A DNA stretch of 32,000 bases, taken from positions 3,450,001 through 3,482,000 of the forward strand of contig LT962688.1 of NCBI GenBank assembly GCA_900234795.1, read 5' to 3'. Source of the DNA: Methylorubrum extorquens. Its GTDB lineage: Bacteria; Pseudomonadota; Alphaproteobacteria; Rhizobiales; Beijerinckiaceae. Below, piece after piece: positions 15,473-24,544 of the stretch. The translations under genes were made by a program, and so were the position numbers. The notes below the pieces were generated by a model, which had not been told where the DNA came from, did no database searches, and saw only the letters and a list, made by a program, of their open reading frames with translations. Position 1 is the stretch's first letter; each line of letters begins with the position of its first letter.

Positions 15473-15674
15473 ATCCATTGAAATTGCAAGTATCGTCAGT
15501 GAGATACTAGTAGGCCGGTCTTTTTCCCGCGCCTTCCCTACAGGCGCGCGAAAGCGGCCTGAACAGCCAGCCTCATCCGCGATCGAAGGCCACCAGAGGG
15601 AATTCGAGAGTACCGGGCGGCCTTCTTGGAAGAGCCGGGAGCGGTCCTCACCCCCGGGCTCTCTTAAGCCTCGA

Positions 15675-15944
15675 TTACCGGGCCGGACGCTCGCGAACGG
15701 TCCGCTCTTCGCGCCGCTCGATGCGCTCCTCACGACGGGCATCGGGATCGACCCCGAGCACGCCGCCAACGGTGCCGGTCGCGGCCCCGACAGCACCGCC
15801 CACGACGCCGCCGACCGGGCCGGCGGCGCGGTTGCCGTCTTCGACGCCGCGTTCGGCGCCGCGGATGGTCCCCTGAGCCTGGGCCGTCGCGGACAGGGCG
15901 AGCGGGGAAAGAACGAGGGCAGAGACGAGCAATAGCCGCTTCAT
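15675..15944 (-). CDS. Small secreted glycine-zipper-like protein, 89 aa
   Basis: Signal peptide MKRLLLVSALVLSPLALSATAQA, a Gly-rich GPVGGVVGGAVGAATGTVGGVLG segment and a charged tail. Confidence 0.7.
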   Translation of the reverse strand: MKRLLLVSALVLSPLALSATAQAQGTIRGAERGVEDGNRAAGPVGGVVGGAVGAATGTVGGVLGVDPDARREERIERREERTVRERPAR

Positions 15945-16210
15945 CGGGTTGGCTCCTGGAATGGGTGCGCGGGCGGTAAGCCGCGCTTCACAGGATTAAC
16001 GGCCGAGAGGGGTGATGGTGCCGAAAGCCGGGATTGATCACCACCCTGCGGCTTCTGCAAAGAGGCGCCGTTGGGCTTCCGCTTGATGACGTTCTTGGCT
16101 CCGGATGCCGTCACATCGGGGTTCGGGGCGACCTCGCGGCGCGTCCACTCCACGATAGAGTCCGCGCCGTTCACTTGCAGCCGCGTGGCTCCGGCGAGGA
16201 CGAGCGACAC
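15941..16210 (-). CDS. Hypothetical protein, 89 aa (GTG start), in the same frame as the upstream ORF and 3 nt after its TGA
   Basis: GC3 is high for the first 45 or so codons (SLVLAGATRLQVNGADSIVEWTRREVAPNPDVTASGAKNVIKRKPNG). The stop overlaps the next start (ATGA). Confidence 0.45.
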   Translation of the reverse strand: MSLVLAGATRLQVNGADSIVEWTRREVAPNPDVTASGAKNVIKRKPNGASLQKPQGGDQSRLSAPSPLSAVNPVKRGLPPAHPFQEPTR

Positions 16211-16213
16211 CTC

Positions 16214-16471
16214 TCAGCGGGCGGCGGGAGCGGGGTTCGGCTGCGTCGGCTCTCGCGGGGTCGGCTGCGGATTGCCGGAATTCTGAGCCTCGGGAGACGG
16301 CGCCGGCTGCTGTTGCGGCGGGCTTCCCGGCTGCCCCTCGTTGAGGGTTTGGTTGGCCTCGGTCTGTAGCTTGTCGGCGGTCTGCTGGGTGATGAGCCCG
16401 TAGGAGACGGCCGCGGCGAGCGCCACGGCGATGACCGCGCCGAGCAGGGTTCTCTTGAGCTTGTCCGGCAT
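16214..16471 (-). CDS. Membrane-anchored Pro/Gln-rich protein (about 85 aa; start uncertain)
   Basis: MPDKLKRTLLGAVIAVALAAAVSYGLI forms one TM segment, followed by a low-complexity PQQQPAPSPEAQNSGNPQPTP tail. The track ORF extends to 16573 with an unconvincing N-terminus. Confidence 0.5.
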   Translation of the reverse strand: MPDKLKRTLLGAVIAVALAAAVSYGLITQQTADKLQTEANQTLNEGQPGSPPQQQPAPSPEAQNSGNPQPTPREPTQPNPAPAAR

Positions 16472-16754
16472 CAGGGGTGGCCCTTGCATCAGCGCGGCTG
16501 TGAGCGCGCCATCTCGGCGAGAGAACAGGGGGCGGGACGATGCGTTCCGGTGATCACGATCGTGGATCGGCACCGGACCTCGACGGGCTCAATCGAACGC
16601 CCGGGAGACATTGCGCGAGGCCAGGACTTGAAGCGGCTTTGCCGTAAAAGGGAGGGCTTCAGCTAAGTTTTGCGGCGACTCGTGCAGGACTATCTTTATG
16701 CTTCCGAAAAGCGCAGGATGATCTCACCATCGGAAGAGCAACCCTCAGGCTCCG

Positions 16755-17051
16755 ATGGCTGAGGGCAACCATGTCCCCGCCTGGATCACACAGGCGGAGA
16801 TCATGACCAATATCATTCAAATGAGCGAACACGGCGGCGCGTCGTCGTCCTATCGTCTCTATGATGTTGGAAGTACCGGCGCCGAAGGGCCCGGACGCTT
16901 TATCCGCGCTAGAACAGACCCCGAAGCGAAGGCTCATGCCTTGGCGCTCCTCAACGATCATCCCATCGAACTTTGGGACAGGGCGCGCTTCATCGCTCGC
17001 TACTGGCCGGGAAATCTTCCGATGGCGGTCTCGGTGAAGGTCTTCAACTAG
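16755..17051 (+). CDS. Hypothetical small protein (82-98 aa; the start may be ATG 16803)
   Basis: Natural-looking sequence (...YRLYDVGSTGAEGPGRFIRARTDPEAKAHALALLNDHPIELWDRARFIARYWPG). The overlapping antisense 247-aa ORF looks like a shadow. Confidence 0.5.
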   Translation: MAEGNHVPAWITQAEIMTNIIQMSEHGGASSSYRLYDVGSTGAEGPGRFIRARTDPEAKAHALALLNDHPIELWDRARFIARYWPGNLPMAVSVKVFN

Positions 17052-17099
17052 CCGCGCCACGCCTTTACGATCGCAAGCGAACCCGAAGGAGCCATCGAC

Positions 17100-17228
17100 A
17101 TGGCCACCGAGAAGAAACGCGGCAACCGCGAGACGAAGAAGCCGAAGAAGTCGACCGCGAAGGTGATCGCCGCCGCGCCCTCCACCAAGAACCTCGTCTC
17201 CGCGGCCGTGAAATCCGCCGGCCGCTGA
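17100..17228 (+). CDS. Small basic protein, 42 aa (below the ORF track cutoff)
   Basis: GAAGGAG lies 7 nt upstream of the ATG. The protein reads MATEKKRGNRETKKPKKSTAKVIAAAPSTKNLVSAAVKSAGR, and almost every codon ends in G or C. Confidence 0.5.
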   Translation: MATEKKRGNRETKKPKKSTAKVIAAAPSTKNLVSAAVKSAGR

Positions 17229-17458
17229 TCGGCCGCAGAGCTTTTCGATCCGCACGCCATGTTGCTTCCCCAGTAGGCGAAGGCGTGTGGGCAGGCTGCT
17301 CGATACTGGACCCCAGCGATCTAACGCGTTGTTGTCGCCGAGGGCGTAGATGAGCCTCCGCCTCATCCGGTTCGAGCAGCCGCACGATGATGCGCTCTCC
17401 ACAGCGCTGAGCTGGTCCAGGCTCGACGCGGCCGGTCAGGCCGTGCGAGCCTTGCCGG

Positions 17459-17899
17459 GTGTCGATCACCAAGCCCGAACTTTCCGCGTTGCTCGCCAGC
17501 GCGCACCGCGTGCCGGAGCGTGAGCGCATTGCGGCGTTCCTGCGCGATCCGGCGACGGAGATCATCGACAACCCGTTCTCGGCCACCCGCGCCGCCGCGG
17601 CGCGCAACACTTGGGCCGGTCGGGGTTTCGACTTCCGCGTCATGGGCGTCGAGGCGGCGGGCCTGACGGATCTGCTGAGCGCGCTGGCCGAACTTCCGGC
17701 CTCCGAACCGCTCGTCGAGGACATCGCCCGCTCCGGTCCGCATACCGCGTCGATCGTGCTGAGTGGGGACCGCAGCCGCGTCGTCGGCGTGGCCCTCTAC
17801 GGCAAGCCCGGCACCGCGCTCCCACGCTTTGTCGCGCCCCGCCCCCGCCGCCGCGCCGTTGCCTCGACCCAGCTCGACCTGTTCGCCGATGCGGGGTGA
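17459..17899 (+). CDS. Hypothetical protein, 146 aa (GTG start; may start further upstream in another frame)
   Basis: Coding-like composition. No family was recognised. Confidence 0.5.
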   Translation: MSITKPELSALLASAHRVPERERIAAFLRDPATEIIDNPFSATRAAAARNTWAGRGFDFRVMGVEAAGLTDLLSALAELPASEPLVEDIARSGPHTASIVLSGDRSRVVGVALYGKPGTALPRFVAPRPRRRAVASTQLDLFADAG

Positions 17900-17963
17900 G
17901 GCGCCGACGCTTCCGCAGCTTCGCTAAACGCCGGTTCGCCCGCCCGATCTCCGGGCGTAAGCG

Positions 17964-19064
17964 TCAACCCGTCGTCTGCGGACGCGGGAGCGGCCCCACT
18001 CCCCTGTCCGGCACCGCTTTACGCGAGGCCCCGGCGCCCGCGAGCGAGAACGGCCGCCGGAACCGGTGAGCGGCCACCAGAACAACCCCCATCAGCGTCC
18101 CGGCCAGCACATCCGGCCCGTAATGTCCGCCCGCGCCGAGCGTGGCGACGATGATCGCGCCGTTGAGGAGAAGGGCCAGCGGGCCGATCACCGGCACCGG
18201 GGCGAGCGCCCAGGCGGTGAGGACCGCGAGACAGGCGTGGAACGAGGGGAAGGTGACGAGGCCGCGGATCTCCGAGAGCGTGATCGTCGACAGCGTTCCG
18301 TTGCGCAGGGCCTGCAGCGCGTCGAGATGCCAGAGGGCGCCGACCGTTTCGAGATGCCCCTGCGGATAGGCCTGCGGCTCGTAATAGGCGTAGGGCCCGA
18401 TTGCGGGAAACAAGGCCGAGACCGCGATGGAGGCGAGCAGCGCCAGGCTGAACAGGCGGGCATAGGCCCAGAGGCGCGCGACCCGCGACACCGCGCTTAA
18501 AGCGATGACGACGAGCCCGACTTGCGGTCCGCTGGAATGGTAGGCGAGCGCCAGCCACCAGGAGAGATCCGGATGCGCGGCGAGGCCGCCGACCCAGCCG
18601 CGCCAATCGAAGCCCATGGCCGCCTCGACCCGCGCCAGGGCGGGGTCGGCGAACGGCATCGCCAGGGTGGCTCCGAGGTAATGCAGCACGGCCGCCGCGG
18701 TGGTGAAGGCCGTAAGATAGGCGCTCGACAGGGCCATGGCCCGCAGCTTGGGCTCCGGCATGACCGCACTGAACAGGAAGGCGAGCCCGAGCAGGACGGT
18801 CACCGCACCGAGCACCGCGAACAGGCCGGTCCAGGCGACGCCGATCCCGGCAATCGCGAGCCAGAGGGCGTCGAGGAGAATCAGGCCGCCGACGAGGGCC
18901 CAGAGCCGGGGACCGGGCGCCGCGAGGCCCGCACTCAGCCGTCGGAGACCCGGGCCGGCCGATAGGTCGGACGGTGTGTCGGCCCGCGCGTCAGCCTTGC
19001 GTGAGCCGGCCCAGCGTTCCTCGTCGAGCAGCATCCGTCGGTCGCTCCTTCCGGCCCGCACCAT
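17964..19064 (-). CDS. PAP2-superfamily integral membrane protein (PAP2_3/IPC-synthase-like)
   Basis: Multiple TM segments and C-terminal PAP2-type motifs: TFPSFHA and GGHYGPDVLAG. Confidence 0.7.
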   Translation of the reverse strand: MVRAGRSDRRMLLDEERWAGSRKADARADTPSDLSAGPGLRRLSAGLAAPGPRLWALVGGLILLDALWLAIAGIGVAWTGLFAVLGAVTVLLGLAFLFSAVMPEPKLRAMALSSAYLTAFTTAAAVLHYLGATLAMPFADPALARVEAAMGFDWRGWVGGLAAHPDLSWWLALAYHSSGPQVGLVVIALSAVSRVARLWAYARLFSLALLASIAVSALFPAIGPYAYYEPQAYPQGHLETVGALWHLDALQALRNGTLSTITLSEIRGLVTFPSFHACLAVLTAWALAPVPVIGPLALLLNGAIIVATLGAGGHYGPDVLAGTLMGVVLVAAHRFRRPFSLAGAGASRKAVPDRGVGPLPRPQTTG

Positions 19065-19124
19065 TCGGCCGCCCCCGGACGAGAAGACGCGGCAGCGCGC
19101 GTTTTGTTCGGAAGGTCAGCGACG

Positions 19125-20372
19125 TCAGACGGAGGGGAGTGTGGCGCGGACCTCGGCGCCGGCCTGTCGGTTCACGTTCGCAGCGGGCATGAAGCTCTCG
19201 ACCCGGTTGCGGCCCTCGTTCTTGGCCGCGTAGAGCGCGAAGTCGGCGGCCTTCAACAGGTCGGAAGCCTGGATACCGAAATCGCGCGTCCGCCCCCGCC
19301 CGGCGGTGGTGCCGACGCTCACGGTCACCGGCGTCCCCGCGGGCAGGCCGGGATGGCGGATGGCGAGATCCGTGACGGCCGCGCGAATCGCCTCGCCGGC
19401 CGACCGCGCCGCGGACGGGTCGGCCTCCGGCAGCAGGGCCACGAACTCCTCGCCGCCGTAGCGTGCGGCCAGGCCGCCATGGGCCGCGACGGAGGTCTGC
19501 AGCGCCTCCGCCACCGCCACGAGGCACAGGTCCCCCTCCGCGTGCCCGGCGGTGTCGTTCAGGAGCTTGAAGTGATCGAGGTCGATGAGGATGACGCCGA
19601 GCCACGTATCCCGTTCGCCGGCGAGGGCCCATGCCGTCTCCAGGCGCTCCGAGAAGTGGCGACGGTTGGACAGGGCCGTGAGCGAGTCGGTTTCGGAGAG
19701 CACGGTGAGGCGCGCATTGGCGCGGGCGAGCGCCTCGCCCTGGAGCTTCACCCGCAAGCCGATGAGGAAGGTTTCCCGGGCCTCCCACTCCCGCGAGTAG
19801 CAGAGCTTCAGCGGCACCAGGATCAGCCCGGAAACCAGCAGGGGGAGGCCGCTGCGCTCCGCGTAGCACAGGCCGAACCCGAGAACGAGGCCGCCATAGA
19901 GCGCGAACGAGGCACCGCAGAACCACAGGCAGTGCCGGAACGGCATCGGCGCGATCAGCCCCACCACCAGCGGAACGATGGTGGCGATGATGATGTAGAC
20001 GTCGGCATGCGGGGCGGGTGCCAGACGGGCGCTGTTGAGGACGACGACGATATCGACGAGCGCGGTGGCGAGGACGGCAGTGGAGATGCGCACCGTCGTT
20101 GGCCGTCCCCGCAGGGAGACGATCGCCGCCAGCGCGACCGGGCAGAAGACGCCCAGGGTCATCGCCAGGGGCACGACGAACCCTTCGGGACCGAACACCT
20201 CCCGGTCCATGACGAGGGAGAGGACATTGAACAGGGTGAAGATGGCGAGCCAGGACTGCACGTAGCGCCCGCTCTGCCGGGCGGTCTCGGCACGGTACTG
20301 CGCTTCGAGCACGTCCGGAAATTTGAGCCGGTACCAGGGGCGGCTCAGACCGGCTTCGATCGGCTGTAGCAT
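19125..20372 (-). CDS. Membrane-bound GGDEF diguanylate cyclase, 415 aa
   Basis: N-terminal TM region, then LTALSNRRHF...ILIDLDHFKLLNDTAGHAEGD...RYGGEEFVALLP...AADFALYAAKNEGRNRV. Confidence 0.9.
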   Translation of the reverse strand: MLQPIEAGLSRPWYRLKFPDVLEAQYRAETARQSGRYVQSWLAIFTLFNVLSLVMDREVFGPEGFVVPLAMTLGVFCPVALAAIVSLRGRPTTVRISTAVLATALVDIVVVLNSARLAPAPHADVYIIIATIVPLVVGLIAPMPFRHCLWFCGASFALYGGLVLGFGLCYAERSGLPLLVSGLILVPLKLCYSREWEARETFLIGLRVKLQGEALARANARLTVLSETDSLTALSNRRHFSERLETAWALAGERDTWLGVILIDLDHFKLLNDTAGHAEGDLCLVAVAEALQTSVAAHGGLAARYGGEEFVALLPEADPSAARSAGEAIRAAVTDLAIRHPGLPAGTPVTVSVGTTAGRGRTRDFGIQASDLLKAADFALYAAKNEGRNRVESFMPAANVNRQAGAEVRATLPSV

Positions 20373-20485
20373 CGATGCGCCAAGTCTAGCCTCTGCTGCG
20401 CAAGTGTTAGCGTATCGGAATGCGGTTGCTCAATGATTAATGTCAGCCGGGGCGAGAGGAAGCCGGCTTTGTTCTTTCGGCAATG

Positions 20486-20866
20486 TCATTCTTTCGGCGA
20501 TGTCGAGACCGGGTCGCCCGCCGCCCCGTAGCCGCGCCTGGCCGCGGCCCGGTTGACGATGCCGAAGCGGAGGACCGTCTCCTCCAAGTAATCGACCGCC
20601 CTGACGAGATGGCGGCGCGCCCGGTCCCACTCGTCCGCCTCGGCATCGCCGGAGGTCTCGGCCAGGGTGACGGAGGCGATCAGAACACGGTCGCGCTCAT
20701 CCTCGATCCGCCGGTCGCGCTCGACATGGCCCCGCACATCGGCATCGAAGGCTGCGATGACGGCCCAGGGGAAGTCGTCCTTCCGCCCGCTCGCTGGGAA
20801 GCCGGCTGCGAGCCGCCGGGCCTCAGCGGCCGCCCCACGCACGAGATCTGCCAAGCTCACCGCCAC
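20486..20866 (-). CDS. Hypothetical protein, 126 aa
   Basis: GC3 is high throughout. No family was recognised. Confidence 0.5.
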   Translation of the reverse strand: MAVSLADLVRGAAAEARRLAAGFPASGRKDDFPWAVIAAFDADVRGHVERDRRIEDERDRVLIASVTLAETSGDAEADEWDRARRHLVRAVDYLEETVLRFGIVNRAAARRGYGAAGDPVSTSPKE

Positions 20867-21466
20867 CGTCCGACCCTCTTCGCTCCGGGCCGGCGCGACG
20901 CCTCAACCCTATCCCGCCAACGTCCGCCGCAGTGATCCCGTTCGCAGGCCAGGATACGGGCGACGTCCCGACGCACGGAGTCTCGAGCGCGCCCTCTCCG
21001 TGTGCCGGCATCCGGACGCACGATGAGGCCGCCCTCTACGCTTACGCCCGCCGAACGGTTTGGGGGCATCGCCGCTCGGTGGGCGCAAGCGACCGGCAGG
21101 CGAACCGACCGGCGCGGCGAAGGATAGGGCCGGCGCGCCGTTCCGACAGGGGCAGCCGGCGGGAGAGTTGGCCGAGCACATTGGGACGGCTGGTCTTGGT
21201 TAAGGGCCCCGAGGCGGGCCCTGCGGCGACGGGCGCGACACCGGCATGTCGCCGTGGCATGCCGCAGGCCACGAAAAGGGCATAAGCCATGCTTTAGGTT
21301 GCCGGACAGACGCGCTCCCCTGTCGAAACCCTTTCGGGCGAGAGGGATCGGGCGGTTTGCTCATCACGTGAACGACAAACACGTGAGCGTTTTCGGCAGA
21401 GCAATGACCGACGCCTCCGCAGGGGATGCCTCTCCGGGTCGAGCGTCGGAAACTCATGGTGTTTCG

Positions 21467-22000
21467 ATGAGACGAACGGGATTTCTCGGTCTGAGCGTCA
21501 TCGTCCTCGCCGCATTCGGCGCCATCGGCGCCGGCCACGCCAGCGAAAGCGTGAGCGGTCAGCCTCGGATCTTGAGCGGCGACACGCTGGTCGTCGGCGG
21601 GCGCGTCGTCGGCCTCTACGGCGTGGCGGCGCCCGGCCTCAAACAGACCTGCCTGAACGAAAAGGGCCACGGCTATGCCTGCGGTGCCCACTCGGCCAAG
21701 GCGCTGGCCGCCCACCTCAAGGATGCCACCGTCACCTGCCAGATTCGCGAGACCGACAGCTACGGCCGTGCGCTCTCCGTCTGCCACCGTGACAAGGAGG
21801 ACCTGAGCGCCTGGATGGCGGAGAAGGGCCTTGCCATGGCCGAGCGCAACCGGCGCGCCGCCTATGTCGGCGCCGAGACGGTGGCCTGGGGCAAGCGCCT
21901 CGGCCTCTGGGCGGGCTCGTTCGAGGATCCGACCGAACGGCCACGGACGAGCTACCTCAAGGCCAGCACGGTGGCCGACGCTCAGCCCGAGACGCACTGA
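21467..22000 (+). CDS. Secreted staphylococcal-nuclease-like (SNase/thermonuclease) protein, 177 aa
   Basis: The start is most likely ATG 21467 (signal peptide MRRTGFLGLSVIVLAAFGAIGAGHA). The SNase-like core is ILSGDTLVVGGRVVGLYGVAAP...DSYGRALSVC...DLSAWMAEKGLAMA...AETVAWGKRLGLW. Confidence 0.8.
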   Translation: MRRTGFLGLSVIVLAAFGAIGAGHASESVSGQPRILSGDTLVVGGRVVGLYGVAAPGLKQTCLNEKGHGYACGAHSAKALAAHLKDATVTCQIRETDSYGRALSVCHRDKEDLSAWMAEKGLAMAERNRRAAYVGAETVAWGKRLGLWAGSFEDPTERPRTSYLKASTVADAQPETH

Positions 22001-22308
22001 AAAGCCCCGGTTCAGGCCAAACCCCAAAGCGGACCGGATTTAGCGATGCGCCAGGACCGATCCAGGCCCGAGCGTGGGCGACAACGGTGTGCATCCGCAC
22101 GGAACCGGCGGCCGCACGGCCGCCGCACCGCTTGCGACCGGCTCGGTCCGGTGCCACGTAGAAGTCTCCAGGCGCGCGGATGGGGCGGCTGGGGACGTGA
22201 CCGTGGTGTCGCCCCCCGACACAACCTCCCCGGACTTGTCCGCCGCGCGAAGCTGCGGCCTCAAGCCCGCTCGTTCCGGCGGCCTGCGCCAGGGAGTGAT
22301 GAGAAGCC

Positions 22309-22590
22309 ATGCGTTGCCCGATCGCCATCTCCGCCCTCCTGCTATCCGGCCTCGTTCTCTCCGGTCCTGTCTTCGCTCAGGAGGTGGGTGACACCCGCGT
22401 CACCCCGACCGGCCGCACCGTCACCGCGACCGGTCAGACCAAGCCGCCGGCCCCGGGCCAGACGCAGGGCGACATCTCGTCCGTCTCGCAGGAGCAGATG
22501 CTCAAGGCCCAGCGCGCCGCACAAGCGCGCGACAAGGCTTGGGACGCGAAGATGAACAAGACGATGGGCTCGATCTGCAAGGGCTGCTGA
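22309..22590 (+). CDS. Small secreted protein, 93 aa, with C-terminal CKGC
   Basis: Signal peptide MRCPIAISALLLSGLVLSGPVFAQ. Confidence 0.6.
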   Translation: MRCPIAISALLLSGLVLSGPVFAQEVGDTRVTPTGRTVTATGQTKPPAPGQTQGDISSVSQEQMLKAQRAAQARDKAWDAKMNKTMGSICKGC

Positions 22591-22943
22591 CCGCCCCGGC
22601 CCAACCCCCGGCGGCCGGCGAGTAAAGCCTTTCCGATCCCGCTCCGACGACCCCGGCACCCTGCCGGAAATCCTCTGCGCGACCCTCCCGGCACCAGCCG
22701 GCTCGCGCGAATTCACCCGGCTCCAGGCTTGCACAGCGCCCGTGTCCGTAGTATCGGGCACGCCTTCGCGACAGTCCTTGGGGTGCTCGCATCCCTTCGT
22801 ACGCGGTGACCGCGCCGGCGTTCCAACGCCGATAGCGCGGTCTCTTACATGAGCCGGGGACTTCAAATCCCCATCAGGCGTCGTCCGCCGGGCAATACCG
22901 TCCGTGTGCGGAAACCCGCCTGAAACAAGGAAAGGTCACTCCC

Positions 22944-23312
22944 GTGATCCAGATGCAGACGAATCTGGACGTCGCCGACAATTCGGGTGCGCGCCGCGTG
23001 ATGTGCATCAAGGTACTCGGCGGGTCGAAGCGCAAATATGCCGGCGTCGGCGACATCATCGTCGTCTCCGTCAAGGAGGCGATCCCGCGCGGCCGCGTGA
23101 AGAAGGGCGACGTCATGAAGGCGGTCGTCGTGCGCACCGCCAAGGACGTGAAGCGCGCCGATGGTTCGGTGATCCGCTTCGACAAGAACGCTGCCGTTCT
23201 GATCAACAATCAGAAGGAGCCGGTCGGCACCCGTATCTTCGGACCGGTGCCGCGTGAGCTGCGCGCGCGCAACCACATGAAGATCATCTCGCTCGCTCCT
23301 GAGGTGCTGTGA
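22944..23312 (+). CDS. rplN: 50S ribosomal protein L14
   Basis: [50 protein letters not shown]...; GTG start. Confidence 0.98.
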
Positions 23313-23626
23313 TGGCCGCCAAGATCAAGAAGGGCGACACGGTCGTCGTTCTCACCGGTCGCGACGCGGGTCGCTCCGGCGAGGTCATCCAGGTCATGCC
23401 GAAGGAGGACAAGGCCTTCGTTCGTGGCGTCAACCTGGTGAAGAAGCACCAGCGCCAGACCCAGAACCAGGAAGGCGGCATCATCTCCAAGGAGGCTGCC
23501 ATCCAACTGTCCAACATCGCGGTGGCCGATGCCAACGGCAAGCCGACCCGTGTTGGGTTCCGCATCCTCGACGACGGGCGCAAGGTCCGGTTCGCCAAGA
23601 CCACGGGGGATCAGATCGATGGCTGA
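23312..23626 (+). CDS. rplX: 50S ribosomal protein L24
   Basis: [28 protein letters not shown]... The ATG overlaps the rplN TGA; the track start GTG 23309 is an alternative. Confidence 0.97.
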
Positions 23627-24185
23627 GGCCGACAAGAACGCCTACATCCCGCGTCTGCGCAAGCATTACGACGAGGTTGTCCGGCAGAAGCTGATCGAGC
23701 AGTTCGGGTACGCGAACCCGATGCAGGTCCCGCAGATCGAGAAGATCGTCATCAACATGGGCGTCGGCGAGTCCACCGCGGATTCGAAGAAGGCCACCGT
23801 TGCGGCGGGCGACCTCGCACTCATCGCCGGCCAGAAGCCAGTCATCACCCGCGCCCGCAAGGCGATCGCGACCTTCAAGGTCCGCGAAGGCATGCCGATC
23901 GGCTGCAAGGTGACCCTGCGCAAGGCTCGCATGTACGAGTTCATGGACCGTCTCGTCACGATCGCGCTCCCGCGCGTCCGCGACTTCCGCGGCCTGAACC
24001 CGCGTTCCTTCGACGGCCGTGGCAACTACGCCATGGGCCTCAAGGAGCACCTCGTGTTCCCGGAGATCTCCTACGACAAGGCGGAGCAGACCTGGGGCAT
24101 GGACATCGTCGTCCAGACGAGCGCCACCACGGACGAAGAGGCCAAGGCTCTCCTCGCCCATTTCAAGTTCCCGTTCCGGCAGTAA
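23619..24185 (+). CDS. rplE: 50S ribosomal protein L5
   Basis: [51 protein letters not shown]... The internal ATG at 23619 gives the canonical length of 188 aa. Confidence 0.97.
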
Positions 24186-24226
24186 GCGGCGGCAACGTCG
24201 CTTAGACGCGGACACTGGAGAAAGAC

Positions 24227-24532
24227 ATGGCTAAGAAAAGCTCAGTCGAGAAGAACAACCACCGCAAGGATCTGGTGAAGCGCTTCGCCGAGAAGCGCAA
24301 AGCCCTCCTCGCCATCGCCAACGACGAGTCCCGTGAGATGGAGGAGCGCTTCGAGGCGCGCCTGAAGCTCGCGGAACTGCCGCGCAACTCGTCGGCCACC
24401 CGCATCCGCAACCGCTGCGAGATGACCGGCCGTCCGCGGGCCTACTACCGCAAGCTCGGCATCTCACGCGTAGCTCTGCGCGAGCTCGGCAACCGGGGTC
24501 TCATCCCCGGCCTCGTGAAGTCCAGCTGGTAA
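24227..24532 (+). CDS. rpsN: 30S ribosomal protein S14
   Basis: [27 protein letters not shown]...[41 protein letters not shown]. Confidence 0.98.
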   Translation: MAKKSSVEKNNHRKDLVKRFAEKRKALLAIANDESREMEERFEARLKLAELPRNSSATRIRNRCEMTGRPRAYYRKLGISRVALRELGNRGLIPGLVKSSW

Positions 24533-24544
24533 GGGGAGGCATCC

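Noticed and set aside
16659-17402. 247-aa minus-strand ORF
   Set aside because: The sequence is Arg/Gly-rich and implausible. It lies antisense to two better small plus-strand ORFs (16755..17051 and 17100..17228).
17964-20372. Numerous alternative ORFs overlapping the PAP2 and GGDEF genes (for example 18991..19926, 19104..20369, 18019..18606)
   Set aside because: They are shadow frames of two genes with clear family motifs and lack any motif of their own.
20440-20480. Hairpin AGCCGG...CCGGCT followed by a TTTGTTCTTTC run, read as a plus-strand terminator
   Set aside because: There is no plus-strand gene upstream to terminate. On the minus strand, downstream of ORF 20486..20866, it lacks a T-run. 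It was left unannotated.
21200-22027. 275-aa minus-strand ORF antisense to the SNase-like gene
   Set aside because: This is a typical high-GC shadow frame. The plus-strand frame carries a signal peptide and recognisable SNase motifs.
22729-22757. Possible rplN promoter TTGCAC ... TAGTAT
   Set aside because: The spacer between the two hexamers is only 14 nt. The alternative -10 (TATCGG, 17-nt spacer) is poor. This is not strong enough to call.
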